A stretch of 63,285 nt of DNA, counting the filler, from Octopus bimaculoides (lineage: Eukaryota): the NCBI RefSeq assembly GCF_001194135.2. It is 5 parts of 5 records of this genome, joined end to end, with 100 filler letters (N's around TTAATTAATTAA, not from the genome) between each part and the next. Parts side by side here need not be neighbours in the genome. Positions count along the whole stretch, not along the records: positions 1 to 20,391 come from NC_068985.1; 4 more parts are not named here. One strand, 5' to 3'. Position 1 is the stretch's first letter; each line of letters opens with the position of its first letter. Below are positions 1-14,139 of this stretch, one piece after another. A model generated the notes under the pieces. The model made no database searches, was not told the DNA's origin, and worked only from the letters and a program-made list of their open reading frames with translations. The position numbers and the translations under genes were made by a program.

Positions 1-61
<61 letters not shown>

Positions 62-777
62 TTTACTTGTATTTATACATACTGATACGTATACATATAC
101 AAATGCATACACTTCCCTACATGAATACATACACACATATACATATATATGCGCATATTTATATAAACACTTAAATGTGGTACTTTTTCAACATATCTCG
201 CACTGAACAACACTCAATTATTAATAACGTAGAAGAAAAGAAAGGAGAAACTAAGGTCACGTACAGCAGGATACAAGCTCAGGAATTAAAGAACGTCTTC
301 ACCAATGATGAAATTGAAGACAAAATGGGAGGCTGGAATGTTGTCATTGGACAGCATTGGTGTAGGTAGTGGGAGAAGAAAAGAAAAACAGAAACGTGAA
401 TTGTGCAAGAAGGGAAGAAAAACACAAACGTGTACTGGGAAGGAAAATAGAAGCGTGAAAGGTAGCGGCTAGCGGCCAAAGCGAAGAAGGGAGTGGAACA
501 TCGAAAGTGGGGAGGGAAGAAATTTGTAGAACAAGATGGGAACATAAAAACAACAGCAAATGAAGGAGAAAATTAAAAGGTGCCTGGCTTCAAATAAATT
601 TTCAAACGAAAAGGTAGCACAGTAGTGAAAAGCTTATGATAGGCCTGCTGTAGTGGTGGTAGAGGAGATCGAAATTGTGAGAGACTGAAAGAAAGACAAG
701 AGTTAGTGTCAAAGAGGGCTAATAAAGCACCAATAGTGTGACAGAAAGGTGTCACACAGATATATAATCTGTGAGGT

Positions 778-778
778 G

Positions 779-873
<95 letters not shown>

Positions 874-987
874 AAATTTATACAAAGCATGAGGTTCAGA
901 CAAAGTGACAGACATAGAGACTGACAGAGAGAGACAAACAGATAGATAGACAGACATATAGATAGATAGATAGATAGAGAGATAGAG

Positions 988-1030
<43 letters not shown>

Positions 1031-1048
1031 CAGATAGATAGATAGATT

Positions 1049-1101
<53 letters not shown>

Positions 1102-1135
1102 GCAGACAGACAGTCAGACAGACAGTCAGACAGTA
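778..1135. repeat. Compound (GATA)n/(GA)n/(GACA)n microsatellites
   Basis: Directly visible. Confidence 0.95.
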
Positions 1136-1669
1136 GATAGATTAGTTCGCGTCCGTGTGAAATCTAGCCACAATTGTTTCTTTATTCATTCTTTTATGTA
1201 GGTAGTATGGGAAAACTATGCCATCACTGAATATTTTATTATTGTTCTGTAAGATATCGCTGCAATTTTTAATCGGATATTTTGGGAATCTTTACATAAG
1301 TTGTTATAGATTTCTTCAGATTTAGGAAGTTTTAGTTCATTAAATTTACTCGTGTGTACAGAAAACTTAGTTTTATGCAACTTTTTTGTCAATCTTCTTT
1401 AAAAATTTTACTCGTTAATTTAATAATTGTGTCTATTGCTCCTCTATATTTGCTATCAATTGCTGAAGCTTTTTTTTCTTTTAAATCTAGTTTTAGTTCG
1501 CACAAATATTGTAATTTTGTCATATTGCCGTTCAAATATTTTTTTATTCAACTGTTGTATTGAATTTCATTTATTACCTCTCCACACACACAAACACACA
1601 CGCTCCCGTGCATGCACATACGCACACACCTACACACGCATGCACAGACACACGCGCACACATTTATAT

Positions 1670-1676
1670 ATATATG

Positions 1677-1714
<38 letters not shown>

Positions 1715-1774
1715 CGTGAGTGTAAAGAACAACAATACTACTACTACTGCTACTACTACTACTACTACTATTAA

Positions 1775-1868
<94 letters not shown>
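1670..1868. repeat. (TA)n/(TG)n/(TAC)n/(AAT)n compound microsatellite
   Basis: Directly visible. Confidence 0.95.
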
Positions 1869-1870
<2 letters not shown>

Positions 1871-3074
1871 AGGGTAAAATCATTTACCAGGTAGCCAGTG
1901 CGGAAAATTAAAAACATTTTAGGTAAATGTTAACAATGGGTCAGCTTAAAGCATCACCTCACGCTGCTAAAAATAGGCGTTAAAGTATTTTTTTACTACC
2001 TCAAAATCTCCGAGAAAAACACACTTAATATATGCGTGTTTTTCTCGGAAATGTTAAGGTATCAAAAAAAGACTCTAACGTCTACTTTTAGCAGCGCATT
2101 TATCTCTCCAACACGACCATCCTCACAGGTATCCGTCATCGACCCTATCATGTCACAGACTCTTTCACCCAGCACCCACACCATCATCCACACACCTACA
2201 CATGCACACACGCACACGTCAAGGTTACCAGCCCCTATCCATACGCACTTAACGCACGCGCACCTTCGTTTTCGGATCACCACTACTTTATTATCTAGCC
2301 TTCTTTCTAGCACTCCTGTCTGACCACCTCTGTCCAGCGTTCCTCATGATTGATCGCAAGCCACTAAACATTTTGTTATTTTCTCAATATGTTTATTTCT
2401 GTGTTCCTTTCTGTTGAATAGCGTAGGCTCGGAAAGTAAAAGACTTTCTCATTTCCCGAGCGTTGAACTNNNNNNNNNNNNNNNNNNNNNNNNNNNNNNN
2501 NNNNNNNNNNNNNNNNNNNNNNNNNNNNNNNNNNNNNNNNNNNNNNNNNNNNNNNNNNNNNNNNNNNNNNNNNNNNNNNNNNNNNNNNNNNNNNNNNNNN
2601 NNNNNNNNNNNNNNNNNNNNNNNNNNNNNNNNNNNNNNNNNNNNNNNNNNNNNNNNNNNNNNNNNNNNNNNNNNNNNNNNNNNNNNNNNNNNNNNNNNNN
2701 NNNNNNNNNNNNNNNNNNNNNNNNNNNNNNNNNNNNNNNNNNNNNNNNNNNNNNNNNNNNNNNNNNNNNNNNNNNNNNNNNNNNNNNNNNNNNNNNNNNN
2801 NNNNNNNNNNNNNNNNNNNNNNNNNNNNNNNNNNNNNNNNNNNNNNNNNNNNNNNNNNNNNNNNNNNNNNNNNNNNNNNNNNNNNNNNNNNNNNNNNNNN
2901 NNNNNNNNNNNNNNNNNNNNNNNNNNNNNNNNNNNNNNNNNNNNNNNNNNNNNNNNNNNNNATATATATATATATATATATATACCGGGTGATTCAAAAG
3001 TCACCATACATAGGAAATTGTTTTTTCTAAGAAACCATTAAATAAACAAAACTGTTTCTTATAAAAAAATAAAT

Positions 3075-3681
3075 TGTTCTTATGTATGGCGACGTTTGAA
3101 TAACCAAATCTAAAAAAAGAACGCGTAAGGACAGCATAAGAACTGCTATGAAGTCGCTTGGAATGATTCCAGAAGATATAGAAACCCTTGCTTCGGATCG
3201 AGTTGGATGACCAACAAAGGTGTGGAGTGGAGTAAAAGCATTTGAAGAGGCCAGGATAACGCAAGTAAGAATCAAAAGAGATCTAAGAAAGAATGTAACG
3301 ATCGAGAAGGTGAATGACAATGACCTTTTTGGGTGCACAGTCTGTGACAGGCTATTCCTGCCTTTAGCTGGCCTCAAATCCCATCTGCGAACTCATGGAA
3401 AACGAACCTCGACCAACTATTCTGAATATATGTCTGTGCAAACTTTGGAAAGCAGTGTATGCCAGAGGGTTTGTAAATCCAACAGAGGCTTCAAAAGACA
3501 TTTTAAGATCCACAAAGAGCAGGACGTTTCTGCAAGTATTTGTGGTCCAAATCAGAGGTGCAATCTATGTGGGTGTCTGTTCAGATCGTTGTCTGGTTTA
3601 AAAAGCCACATCAGAAGTCATGATGATACTAAGGAGTAGCTATCGAAGGTGGTCAAACTCTGTATAAGGAGTAGACAACCA

Positions 3682-3685
<4 letters not shown>
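3075..3685 (+). mobile_element. 3' end of RTE-clade LINE with three tandem C2H2-type zinc fingers
   Basis: LMYGD..RKDSIRTAMK..IETLASDR..W..GV..FEE matches the RTE ORF C-terminus (with stops). Fingers: CTVC..HLRTH, SSVC..HFKIH, CNLC..HIRSH; short 3' UTR then (AT)n. Confidence 0.75.
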
Positions 3686-3735
<50 letters not shown>

Positions 3736-4479
3736 CGTAAAGAAAGAATGATTTGGAATCCAGGTACATTGAATGATAGAAAACATGTAGAATCGATTAA
3801 TTAAATGGTATTTCAACATGTAAATCATTGGATGTTATCCAGAAACAATGTATATGGTCAAGACCTCATGCAAATGAATATAGAATTACATGTCTTGAAA
3901 ACTTGTTTATTGCAAACTATTCTCATCAAATTTGTATTATATTCCGGTACGATACATATTTTGGCTGCGTAAGCATCCTAACGTTCTTTGATGTAGCATT
4001 TACATGCATCTGTTTGGTTCATTTGCATTACATATTCATCCGGGTAGACATTCCTATGAAGCTTTGTACATGCACGTGGATACGCGTGGGTGGAGCGAAC
4101 TCAGGAATTTAGTGCTAGATTGTCCTTCTTAAAGTATATTCTCGGGGAGGTAATCAGAAAGTATTAGTGTACGGGATAGACATTGCTCTGATGTAAGATA
4201 TAGCTATAGTTTTGCCCCATGTAAGCTTAAATGTCCTTTTAGCTTTTAAAATAGATTATCTTATACATTTAGTAGTAGATAAAACCTTAACTGAGTCAGG
4301 TTGCATTCATCTTACTGAACACTGATATTAAGATAGAATGATACCATATAAGACAAACAGATAAAGAGGAATAAAAAAGAGGAAATAGAAGAAAAATGAT
4401 GTTTATTGCGAGATTCTTAAAAACTAACTGGAGTAAATCCACTGGGGTAAATTATGTACACTACTTCCAACGTGATATG

Positions 4480-4810
4480 CTACTAAAAATCTTCATCTGG
4501 AAAGAATTTGAATAATTTTGTATCTAAATGCTCGCATTTCAGTGCTAATTCGTTTCGGTGATTTAAGAACCTTCAACTAGACGTAAAGATATGGAATATT
4601 TCTTCCAAACACAGATTACACTCGAGTAGCAAATCATGTATGATGAATCTCGACCAATTATTATCCACTTAACAGCATATTTCGTGTTATTATTATTTAA
4701 AGACCAGATGACCTCACTCAAACTTGCACCATTCATTTTTCTGCGCTTAAAGTCCATAAGACTTGACTCTATGTAGTAATTGTAGATGATATCAGCCTTA
4801 CGGTACATAT
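4480..4810 (-). mobile_element. Degenerate Penelope GIY-YIG endonuclease C-terminal region
   Basis: SLSEVIWSLNNNNTKYAVKWIII..SY....C..C..KKYSI, then after a frameshift LNHRNELALKCEH, matching the Penelope LSxxIWxLK..Y.I.W..CxLCxxEK..LNxRxE..CRH pattern. Confidence 0.7.
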
Positions 4811-6952
4811 ATAAGCTATCATTATTTTCTGATAAATTTACGAAGACGATTATTAATAACGTTTGCTACAGGCAGAAGTACTACTTATTCCGTCTATATT
4901 ATTAGGTATTACCTTATGGGCATTATTAGTTTCGCTATAGGCAACATTTCGGTTAGATTAATTCAAATAAGTGTGGTTTAGCCGAGGCATTTCCCTTAAA
5001 CTATTTACCGAAGGCTGTTTGTTGTTTTCACTCTTATTATTGGCCAAATAGTTATTTATTATCATGATATAGTCATTCATATTACGCTCTACTATATCTG
5101 TATATTTATTATTACCACCTGTCATACTACTATTGATATTAGTGTTATTGTTTGTGTTTACTAGGTTCTTATTGCGTTTGCTAGGTATATATATNNNNNN
5201 NNNNNNNNNNNNNNNNNNNNNNNNNNNNNNNNNNNNNNNNNNNNNNNNNNNNNNNNNNNNNNNNNNNNNNNNNNNNNNNNNNNNNNNNNNNNNNNNNNNN
5301 NNNNNNNNNNNNNNNNNNNNNNNNNNNNNNNNNNNNNNNNNNNNNNNNNNNNNNNNNNNNNNNNNNNNNNNNNNNNNNNNNNNNNNNNNNNNNNNNNNNN
5401 NNNNNNNNNNNNNNNNNNNNNNNNNNNNNNNNNNNNNNNNNNNNNNNNNNNNNNNNNNNNNNNNNNNNNNNNNNNNNNNNNNNNNNNNNNNNNNNNNNNN
5501 NNNNNNNNNNNNNNNNNNNNNNNNNNNNNNNNNNNNNNNNNNNNNNNNNNNNNNNNNNNNNNNNNNNNNNNNNNNNNNNNNNNNNNNNNNNNNNNNNNNN
5601 NNNNNNNNNNNNNNNNNNNNNNNNNNNNNNNNNNNNNNNNNNNNNNNNNNNNNNNNNNNNNNNNNNNNNNNNNNNNNNNNNNNNNNNNNNNNNNNNNNNN
5701 NNNNNNNNNNNNNNNNNNNNNNNNNNNNNNNNNNNNNNNNNNNNNNNNNNNNNNNNNNNNNNNNNNNNNNNNNNNNNNNNNNNNNNNNNNNNNNNNNNNN
5801 NNNNNNNNNNNNNNNNNNNNNNNNNNNNNNNNNNNNNNNNNNNNNNNNNNNNNNNNNNNNNNNNNNNNNNNNNNNNNNNNNNNNNNNNNNNNNNNNNNNN
5901 NNNNNNNNNNNNNNNNNNNNNNNNNNNNNNNNNNNNNNNNNNNNNNNNNNNNNNNNNNNNNNNNNNNNNNNNNNNNNNNNNNNNNNNNNNNNNNNNNNNN
6001 NNNNNNNTGTGTGTGTGTGTGTGTGTGTGTATAGATATTATAGTTTAATTTTTCTTAAAGAAACACTCAACGCCCACCCATCACCTATCAGCTTTCAAAA
6101 AGCTAAAATCTCTCAATTTTTCACTTTAGTCTGACGTCTCCCCGAATTCCTAGAATTCTACTGAAATAGTAGACTTAAATTTACCAGGCCACCGCCAGAA
6201 AACTCAACATGCTACACACAACAGGTAAACGACATTATTTCTGAAGATACTTCCTTGCTTTCCAAAAAGCTAAAAGTGAAATATTGGGAGCGTGTAGATT
6301 TCTGAACGTAGTGAGGTGATGGATAAAATTCTTAAAGATTCGTACTCTCTATTTTTTCTCCATGGATTAACAAAACTAAAAATTTGAAAATAGTAAGAAA
6401 TTCAATTTGTCTGGAGAGGGAGAAAATCAAAATATTGAGAACGTGTTTTGTGAATGAAATCCTAATCTCCTGTATCACAAACATATGAATCGGGAAAAAA
6501 ATAGGAAAAACAATAAGGGGGCGGGACGGAAATATCACCTCGGACATGCTAGAAAGAATAGGTAAAAGACAGGATTTCTGAGAAAACTTCCTTTTAAGTT
6601 TATATCGTAGATCAGGTTTTTAAATACGCTCATCACAAACGCAAATTACACAATAGAAGGTCATTTTAATTGGGTTTGAGCTGTAAATTTGCACGTGCAC
6701 ACTGCAAGAATTAACATAGTGAGTGATGAGTGAAGTTGTGTGTTGTGATGTACGAAATGTTTTGCATTACTATGCAAGAGGCACTCACTCACTCTCTCTC
6801 TCACACATTATCTTTCCTATCCACGTACATAAATAAGCGGAGGTAAAGTATACGCACACCACCTGTTTTCGGCGTAACCCTAACCCTAAGTACCTGGAGT
6901 GCGTATTCGTGATCTTTGCCCATAAATAAACATGCATACATCTTTTTTGTGC

Positions 6953-7011
<59 letters not shown>

Positions 7012-7779
7012 GCTGTATTTCCTCATAACATATAGAAAAATTAATAGCTTTTATTGCAATATTTATGCGTACATTTTCATAGATCTTTGTCTGAGTAGAA
7101 TTCTACGCACGTGTGAAACCTCAGACGAAAGTGATACATTAGAAGCAAATCAAATTATTGTCCGAAAATGATCTCAAAATTGTGCGATCCAACCTAGTTG
7201 CTGAGGTTATTTTAGTTATAAAAAAGGGTTGTTGAGTCAAAAACATAGTTTCTTTGGTAGACAGGTAATAAGCAACTTTCTATATTATACACATGTGACT
7301 AATTCGGAGAAACATTAATTTCATTATTTACACATCATCACTCTCATAATGCAGCACTTTGTAATTTTAGTTCAGTTTGAAAGTGTGAAACATTTTCCAT
7401 TTTGTAATGAAACCTGGTCGTTGTAGAGAAGTGTGTTTGAAATAACTACTGCTGGTTTTTGAGATAACGTAGAAAATATGTAAATGAAAATGCAGTTTAT
7501 TTGACATATGTAATTGATTTGATTTTTCCAGAAGTCGGCGAGCTAGCAGAATCGTTAGCACGCCTGTTGGTGTCGGTCGTCTTTTTTGCGAATGGATTAA
7601 AGATGGTTAACCATTGAGGAGAAAATATTATCGTATATTTTGTATAAAAGATCAGGGAAAATTTGAAAATTGTGTTTAAATTGTTATTGTTTTGCACTGT
7701 TGAACGATTGTATTTCTGTTTTACGGCTGAATTGTTTTCCGCTGTTCCCCATTTGTAGGGGATGCGTATCTTCAAGGTT

Positions 7780-8760
7780 GTCCTATACTAATAGCATAAG
7801 CTCATCTGAGTATTCCTCCTCAGAAGAGGAACTCCTTAGAGCAATTGACAATGTAGACAAAATGAATTTTGCAAAGGCAGCCAGAAAAATATTAATTTGA
7901 ACCAGATTGGAAAGTTTAATGAACTACTGAAAAAAGGCGGACACAATGTAAATGTGTTCCTACCACAAGTCGTCATGTTACGTCAAAAGGAGAAATTAAT
8001 TGTGCTTCGAACGATCTCTGTGGAGGGCCAAAGAATTAAAGTAATGACGGAAAGTCAAATTGAGAAAGCATTAAAACCCATATGGGGAGAAATCGCGCAC
8101 ATAAATACAGGCAGAAAGTACGGTACGGTCGATCTGCGGATTAGGGATGCAGCAACCGCCAGGGTGCACTCTGTAACCCCACTGGAAACGAAGGAGGTAG
8201 TGCTTCTACGCACCTACCTGGGAAGTCGTATTTCCAGGGTGAAGGTGGAGGACATGACTCCAGTGATGCAGCTTGTTTGGTAGACGCGATCCTGTTAGAC
8301 TTCGAGGAGAAAGTGGTGGTCCTCCAAGCCACCTGCACGGCCCATACTAACTGGCAGAGGCAAGAGCTCACGATAAAAAGTCAAGCCACCCCAGAAGACA
8401 TTGAAAAGATCATAGAAACCATTACTGTGGAAGATGTAGTGTTGAGGGGTAAAGTAGAGGGCAGAGTCGCTAGGTGCTATCAATATGGCCCAAAGGGTCA
8501 CATTAGGATTGACTGTCATTAACCACTCGCTGACATCAAAAACAAAAAGGAAACCTCACCTCTGCCTCCACCAGAAATCAACACAGACAACATCAAAGGA
8601 CGAAGAAGGATGGGAAAAATAGAAAAGGAAAAGAGAAAACAAACTGGCAGTGATGAGTACCACCCCACGCCCACTTTTCCACACCCTTCCCCTGCAACCA
8701 CCGATCCTTCCCTACCCCGGTTGACATGGAAAAGTACTTGCATGCACTCACAGGTGTCCC
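7780..8760 (+). mobile_element. Gag-like ORF1 remnant of an L1/Tx1-type non-LTR element
   Basis: Three overlapping ORFs joined by stop/frameshift, ending in a degenerate zinc knuckle CYQY(C)GPKGHIRIDC, followed by a Pro/basic tail. Confidence 0.6.
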
Positions 8761-9022
8761 AAAACTCCCCCTTCCGTAAAATATAAAAAGAAAATTAAGT
8801 TACAAAATTAATATTGTTTTTACGAACTAATGAATAAACAATTGTTAACTGAAATCTACAGCTGTAAAAGTACGACATTGGTAAATGTTTGGAATGAGGT
8901 CCCCACGCATTTGGGATGTGCGATAATCAATAGAAATGATGAAAAGAAATCTAGAGTTACGTTTAAATTAAAATATATCTGCTTATGTAATTTCTGGAAG
9001 TGAATCATTTTTGTCTCTGTAC

Positions 9023-9060
<38 letters not shown>

Positions 9061-9137
9061 ACACACACATACAGACACACGCGCGCGCGGACAACGCACT
9101 CATATGTATCTATACGCACACACACACACAGTCGCAT

Positions 9138-10620
9138 ATATATGACTTCCAAGAAGTTGAAAAGCACTGGATGGAGGAGGTATCATTGTCGGACATCCAC
9201 TGTTGTCCTGTAGATTTCTTCGATGTTGTCGTTCATGTGAACTGCAATGCTTGAGTTTTCCTACAGTTCTTGGATTACTTTGATGAGGCTGTTCTCTAAG
9301 TTTTAATTCATCACTCGCCACAATCGATCATGCGAAACACGGTCAAATGCCTTTAAGAAGTAGATGAAGTTGTGATAGAGATTAGACTGGTGGATCAGAT
9401 GTTTGTCAGTGACGAGTTTAATGTTAAATATATACTCCACAATATTCCTTTCGGGCCAAACCCAGTTCGTTCTGCTGCAAGGATTTCATATCTTTCCCTT
9501 GATTCTGTTTAGGAGACCTCTTAGAAATTATTTGTTGGGGTGACTACGTAGGCAGATTGTTCTATATTTCTTAAGTTGCCCTTCTCACGAATGGGTATCA
9601 ACAATAATTGGGTCCTTTGCTAGCTACTTCGTCTCCCATAGCTTCTGAGAGATAAATCTAAGTGTCTTGATAAACTCTGGCTCTCCAGCTTTTAGGAGAT
9701 CTGGTGGATTGTTATCCATTCCTGGGATTTTGTATCTCTGAGCATGCGCACTGACTCTTCAACTTTATTTCTGGGAAATTGGAGTATCCCCAAGTTTTCT
9801 GTTATTGTTAAAAATAAGATATTGCTGTCATGGTTGAGTTTGTGACTGTAAAATATTTTGCAGTACTCAGATCATTCTTTGATGACATCATTCCCATCTA
9901 ACATCAGACTAAGAAAAGCATCAGGAGCATATGGACAGGGGATCAGCCCAGAAAAGAGGACGATTTTCGTAAATAGTAACTCAACAACCAGCACCATGCT
10001 AAACGGAGAAAGACAGAATGAAGTGGACACCTTCAAGTAATTAGGATCCACTTTGACTAAGCACAGCAGATCTCAAAGAAGATAACAAACCTCATTTTAG
10101 CCACCAATGCCATGACCCATTAGTTTTCCATCAAGTCTTAGAGTGTACAAGACCCTATTGATCTCGTTCCTTTTACATAGGTGTGAGAGCTGAACTCTTA
10201 TAGCTAACATGGAGCGAAGAATTCAGGCATTTGAGCACAGTTGCTTCTGAGGGTTATTACACTTCCCATACATAGAGCAAAAAGGGAACAGATTTGTTAG
10301 GCAGCAAGTCAACAAATACGCTGGCAGACAGGGACCACTCCTTGTGCATGTAATAAGAAGAAAGCTTGCCTGATACAGTCATGTATTCCGCCACTATTCC
10401 CTTCCTAAACCTTTCTTTAAAGCACAGTTGAGGGAGGGCGAAAGAGAGGCAGACGGAGAAAATCTTGGTTTGACAACATCAAGGACTGGACACAACACAG
10501 CAAACCTGCTACTGGTGACAAACTACAAAGGCCAGTATCGACGGCTGACTATGAAAGCGTCTGGAGTGGCACCCCAGTAACTGGCTGCATCAGTTAAGAG
10601 ATCTTGTTGATTGATGATGG
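9138..10620. mobile_element. 5'-inverted RTE (BovB-like) LINE fragment
   Basis: 9845 to 9138 on minus encodes the RT N-half (KSPGMD..YRTICL..FLKAFDRV..TTVDVRQ..LFNFLE). 9855-10620 on plus starts at FFDDI (YADD equivalent) and runs to the 3' end. Confidence 0.75.
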
Positions 10621-11235
10621 TATATGTGAGTGCATGAGAAGGTTTCACGGCTGACACTTTACCGAAGAGGGAGTAATACGTAATACCTAATGACATTGGT
10701 TGCAAAAAAATGATGATAAAACGGCTTATTTTCAAAATATTTTCTGATGCTTTATCTTGATTTTCGGGAATCCGAGGTCATATGCAGATTTTCTCCTATC
10801 CATGAGTTTTAATGTCAGTTGAAAGTCAACATTGAACGTGAATTCATATGAATTCATATGCATGTTTCTGTTTGTATCTGTACGTGTGTCAGTACATATA
10901 TATGTGTGTCTCTATCTGAGTATGCGTGAAATTTATTTTACGGAGATACATATCCAATAAATCAATTATGTTGACACAGTGGTTTGATTTTTAGAGCAAT
11001 ATCTTTAACGACATTCCTGAAATAATTTTCTAAATAAATGTTGGGCAGTTGTATTAGACAGACGTGACATGAAGAGACCATTGTTTTAAGATCGCAATTA
11101 AGAAAATTTATTAGGTTAAAAGGGATACTCGCCGGATTTGAAGTAGAAACGGGACGTTATCTCACCCACTATGTACATACACATACACACATACAGGCAG
11201 ACACACACACACATATATATAAATATATATNNNNN

Positions 11236-11406
11236 NNNNNTATATACGGCAGACTTATTTCTCTTTCTGTCTGCCAAATCCACTCATAAAATTTTGGTTG
11301 GATCGAGGCTATAGTAGGAAACACTTAAGGTATCACGCATGGGAACGAACCCAGAACCACATAGTTCTTACCGCATAACCAAGCTTCCTACCACACAGCC
11401 ACGCCA
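11236..11406 (-). mobile_element. tRNA-derived SINE
   Basis: Minus-strand head ggcgtggctgtgtggtaggaagcttg...gggttcgttccc; same family as 26158-26310. Confidence 0.65.
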
Positions 11407-12471
11407 CACATGCATACACATCCACTCTCTCATAAACTCACAAAATCATACACATATTTCGAAGATTAATTATATGCTTCATAATTTAAAGTATATGATA
11501 TTAATCACTGACACGTATAAGTTTTAAAATTATACTATAGTATAATTCATGTAAATACATTATTTTTCAATACATGTGTGTGTGTGTTTGTGTGTGTGTG
11601 TGTGAGTGTGCGTGCGTGTAGGAGGGGGTAATTTTTGAGCTGCATGCACAAACAAAGACAGGACCAACTTTTACAATCGAACGATCTCCATCGATGTCAG
11701 TTCAAAATCAAGATTATTTTAAACAAGGATCGATTATGTCAATTCATTTTTCATGAATAATACAACGAAAGAAGTAAAAGTAAAAATTCGATTTGCATGA
11801 TAATAAATGAAAATAAAATGAAGATAACTATTTGGCCATATAATTTCTGATGCTTCTGCTGACAGACGAGAGTAATGGAGAGGGGTACATTGTCATTTGT
11901 CGTTCGAATGTAGACGAAATGTTTCTGTCAAAAATGAAGCCATACTTTTACCATGTCGAAATTAATGAGGTAACCGAGTGAGTAGCAACATCGTCTCCAC
12001 GAACGAAACATAAACATCAGAAGCGCTCAATACAAAAGTAAAGCTTGAACTCCTTTGTCATTGAAACGGCTTGCATCAACTTGAGTGTGTTTTACGTAAT
12101 CAGGCAATCAATAGATACTTTTAATTGACCTATTTTGGTGATTACTAAAGGTTCTACCAAACAAGAGAACTGAAGTATGGACAAGCAAGTCACCTTCATG
12201 TCTAAGATTTATTTTTCAAACACGACGATTTATCTATATATAGCAAAATTGAACCTGTACCAGTTCAACATCCATCAAGGAAATTCGGTCAAATAAGGTG
12301 ATAAGTGTCGATCTCATACAGAGAATATCTTTTGAAATGGATGCAACGCAATTCATTATGCATTCCGTGTTATATACAGGAAATTTGATATATATTCACA
12401 AAAACACAGATACAAACACACACAAACACGCACACACACATGCACACACACGTACACACACACACATGCAC

Positions 12472-12515
<44 letters not shown>

Positions 12516-12539
12516 AATCAAAGGTAAACAGACAATATG

Positions 12540-13560
12540 AAACGAAAGATTAATTAGTATAGACCATTATATAAGGATTGAAATGAGAACGCCGAATATT
12601 TGATAAATAGTGATGAAGACCTGCTGCAATATGCCGCGAAAGACATGGGTGTCAATACAGATAAAGTGATGGGTAGGAAAGAGTTTAACAAAGAGCTGAG
12701 GAGAAGAGAAAAGAAGACCTTGAAATAAGAATGCATGGATAGTTTGATAGGAGTACACAGGACGTTAAGGATAATACAGCACCGTGGACATAGCTTGAGC
12801 CAAGTGATTTGAAACGTAACACCGAAAGCCTGGTATTTGCTGCACAAGACCAGGCTTTCGCTACCAGTTCAGTGACATATAACCTAAAAATGCAGACTGT
12901 GGAAGGGGGTGGAAAATGTGGCCCACTTGGTAAGTGAATGTGAGAGCCTTGCACAAAATAAATACCAGCCAATATGCGCCACTAACCCAGAAAGAATATA
13001 AGAGACGCCACGACAATATAGCCAGGCCTGTCCATTGGAAACTTTGCAACAAGTATGGACTTGACAAAGCAAAAATTGGTACGACTACAAACCTGCAAAG
13101 ATCCTATGGGATTTTATGATTCAGTGCGACCATGATCTCGAGAATAAGAACCTAGATATAGTCTTAATTGAGTAATAAAACAAACTATATTGGATCATAG
13201 ATATAGCATGCCCAGCTGACAACAAGGTGAGCGATCAGGAAGAAAAAATAGTCGAGAGATATGAGAGGTTGGCTTGGGAAGTTAAGCAGCTTTGGTCGAC
13301 GAAAAAGGTAGCAGTAGTACCAATATTTGCCGGAGCCGTGGGAACAGTGAGCAAAAATCTCGAGACGTACGTGGAACAAATAGGGGCTGCAATAAAGGTG
13401 GAGCACTTGCAGAAAACAATATTGCTTGGAACCGCCCGAATACTCCGGAAGGTGCTCGAAATATAAAGGGTGTTACTTTAGTTCACTGGTAGTGAACATC
13501 TGACACTGTACTACATCTCCAGCGTTAGAAGCTGTGCAAGGGCAATGATAATAATAATGA
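12540..13560 (+). mobile_element. 3' end of R4/Dong-type non-LTR element (CCHC knuckle + restriction-like endonuclease)
   Basis: CR....E.VAHLVSEC..LA...YKRRHD, K.LWDF..PDIV, IDIACPAD...K..RY..L, AVGTV...LQKTILLGTARILRKVL; (TAA)n tail. Confidence 0.85.
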
Positions 13561-13933
13561 TAATAGTTCACTGGCATTTTAGGTGACATACGCCTACAGG
13601 TAGCATAGCACCTCGTGCGGAATTGCTGAGTTTAAAAACACAACATATATTAGAGGAAGTTAGAAATGATCCCAGCACATGTTAGTAAGAAAGGCACATA
13701 AATCGCAGCCTCTCTGAACAAGTCAATACGAGGTTCTTAGACGAGGTTTGTTGCCTTCAATATATAGAATGATGGAATTAAAAATTCTCCGATATTGAAA
13801 ACGGCTGTAAGGCTGGATAAATTTACACTATATTCAGTATAAGTAGTATTATATAAGACTAGCCATCCATGAAGCTTTCCTAACACGATACACACACACA
13901 CATACACCCACACCCACACACACACACATACAC

Positions 13934-13964
<31 letters not shown>

Positions 13965-14139
13965 TATATATATATGGATATGTATATAGATGTATATATA
14001 TATATGCACGTATATATGCATATATGTATATATGTGTGTATATATGTATATATGTATATATGTGTGTATATATATGTATATATGCATATATAAATATATA
14101 TAATAATAATAATAATAACATTATGGATAAAAATCCTAA

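Noticed and set aside
175-770. Purine-rich stretch with short ORFs
   Set aside because: No recognisable protein motif; low complexity.
2405-2470. ttgaa(g/t)agcgtaggctcg(g)aaa motif, repeated at ~22140-22180
   Set aside because: Hammerhead-like but C3 is absent and the stem II register is off by 2 nt; kept only as a dispersed repeat (2240-2470 matches 21975-22185).
6235-6295. CTGAAGA...GAAA spacing on the plus strand
   Set aside because: Stem II closing pair is mismatched and there is no stem III/NUH; probably chance within a decayed LINE ORF1-like stretch.
6875-6892. taaccctaaccct telomere-like motif
   Set aside because: Only two units; expected by chance or within repeats.
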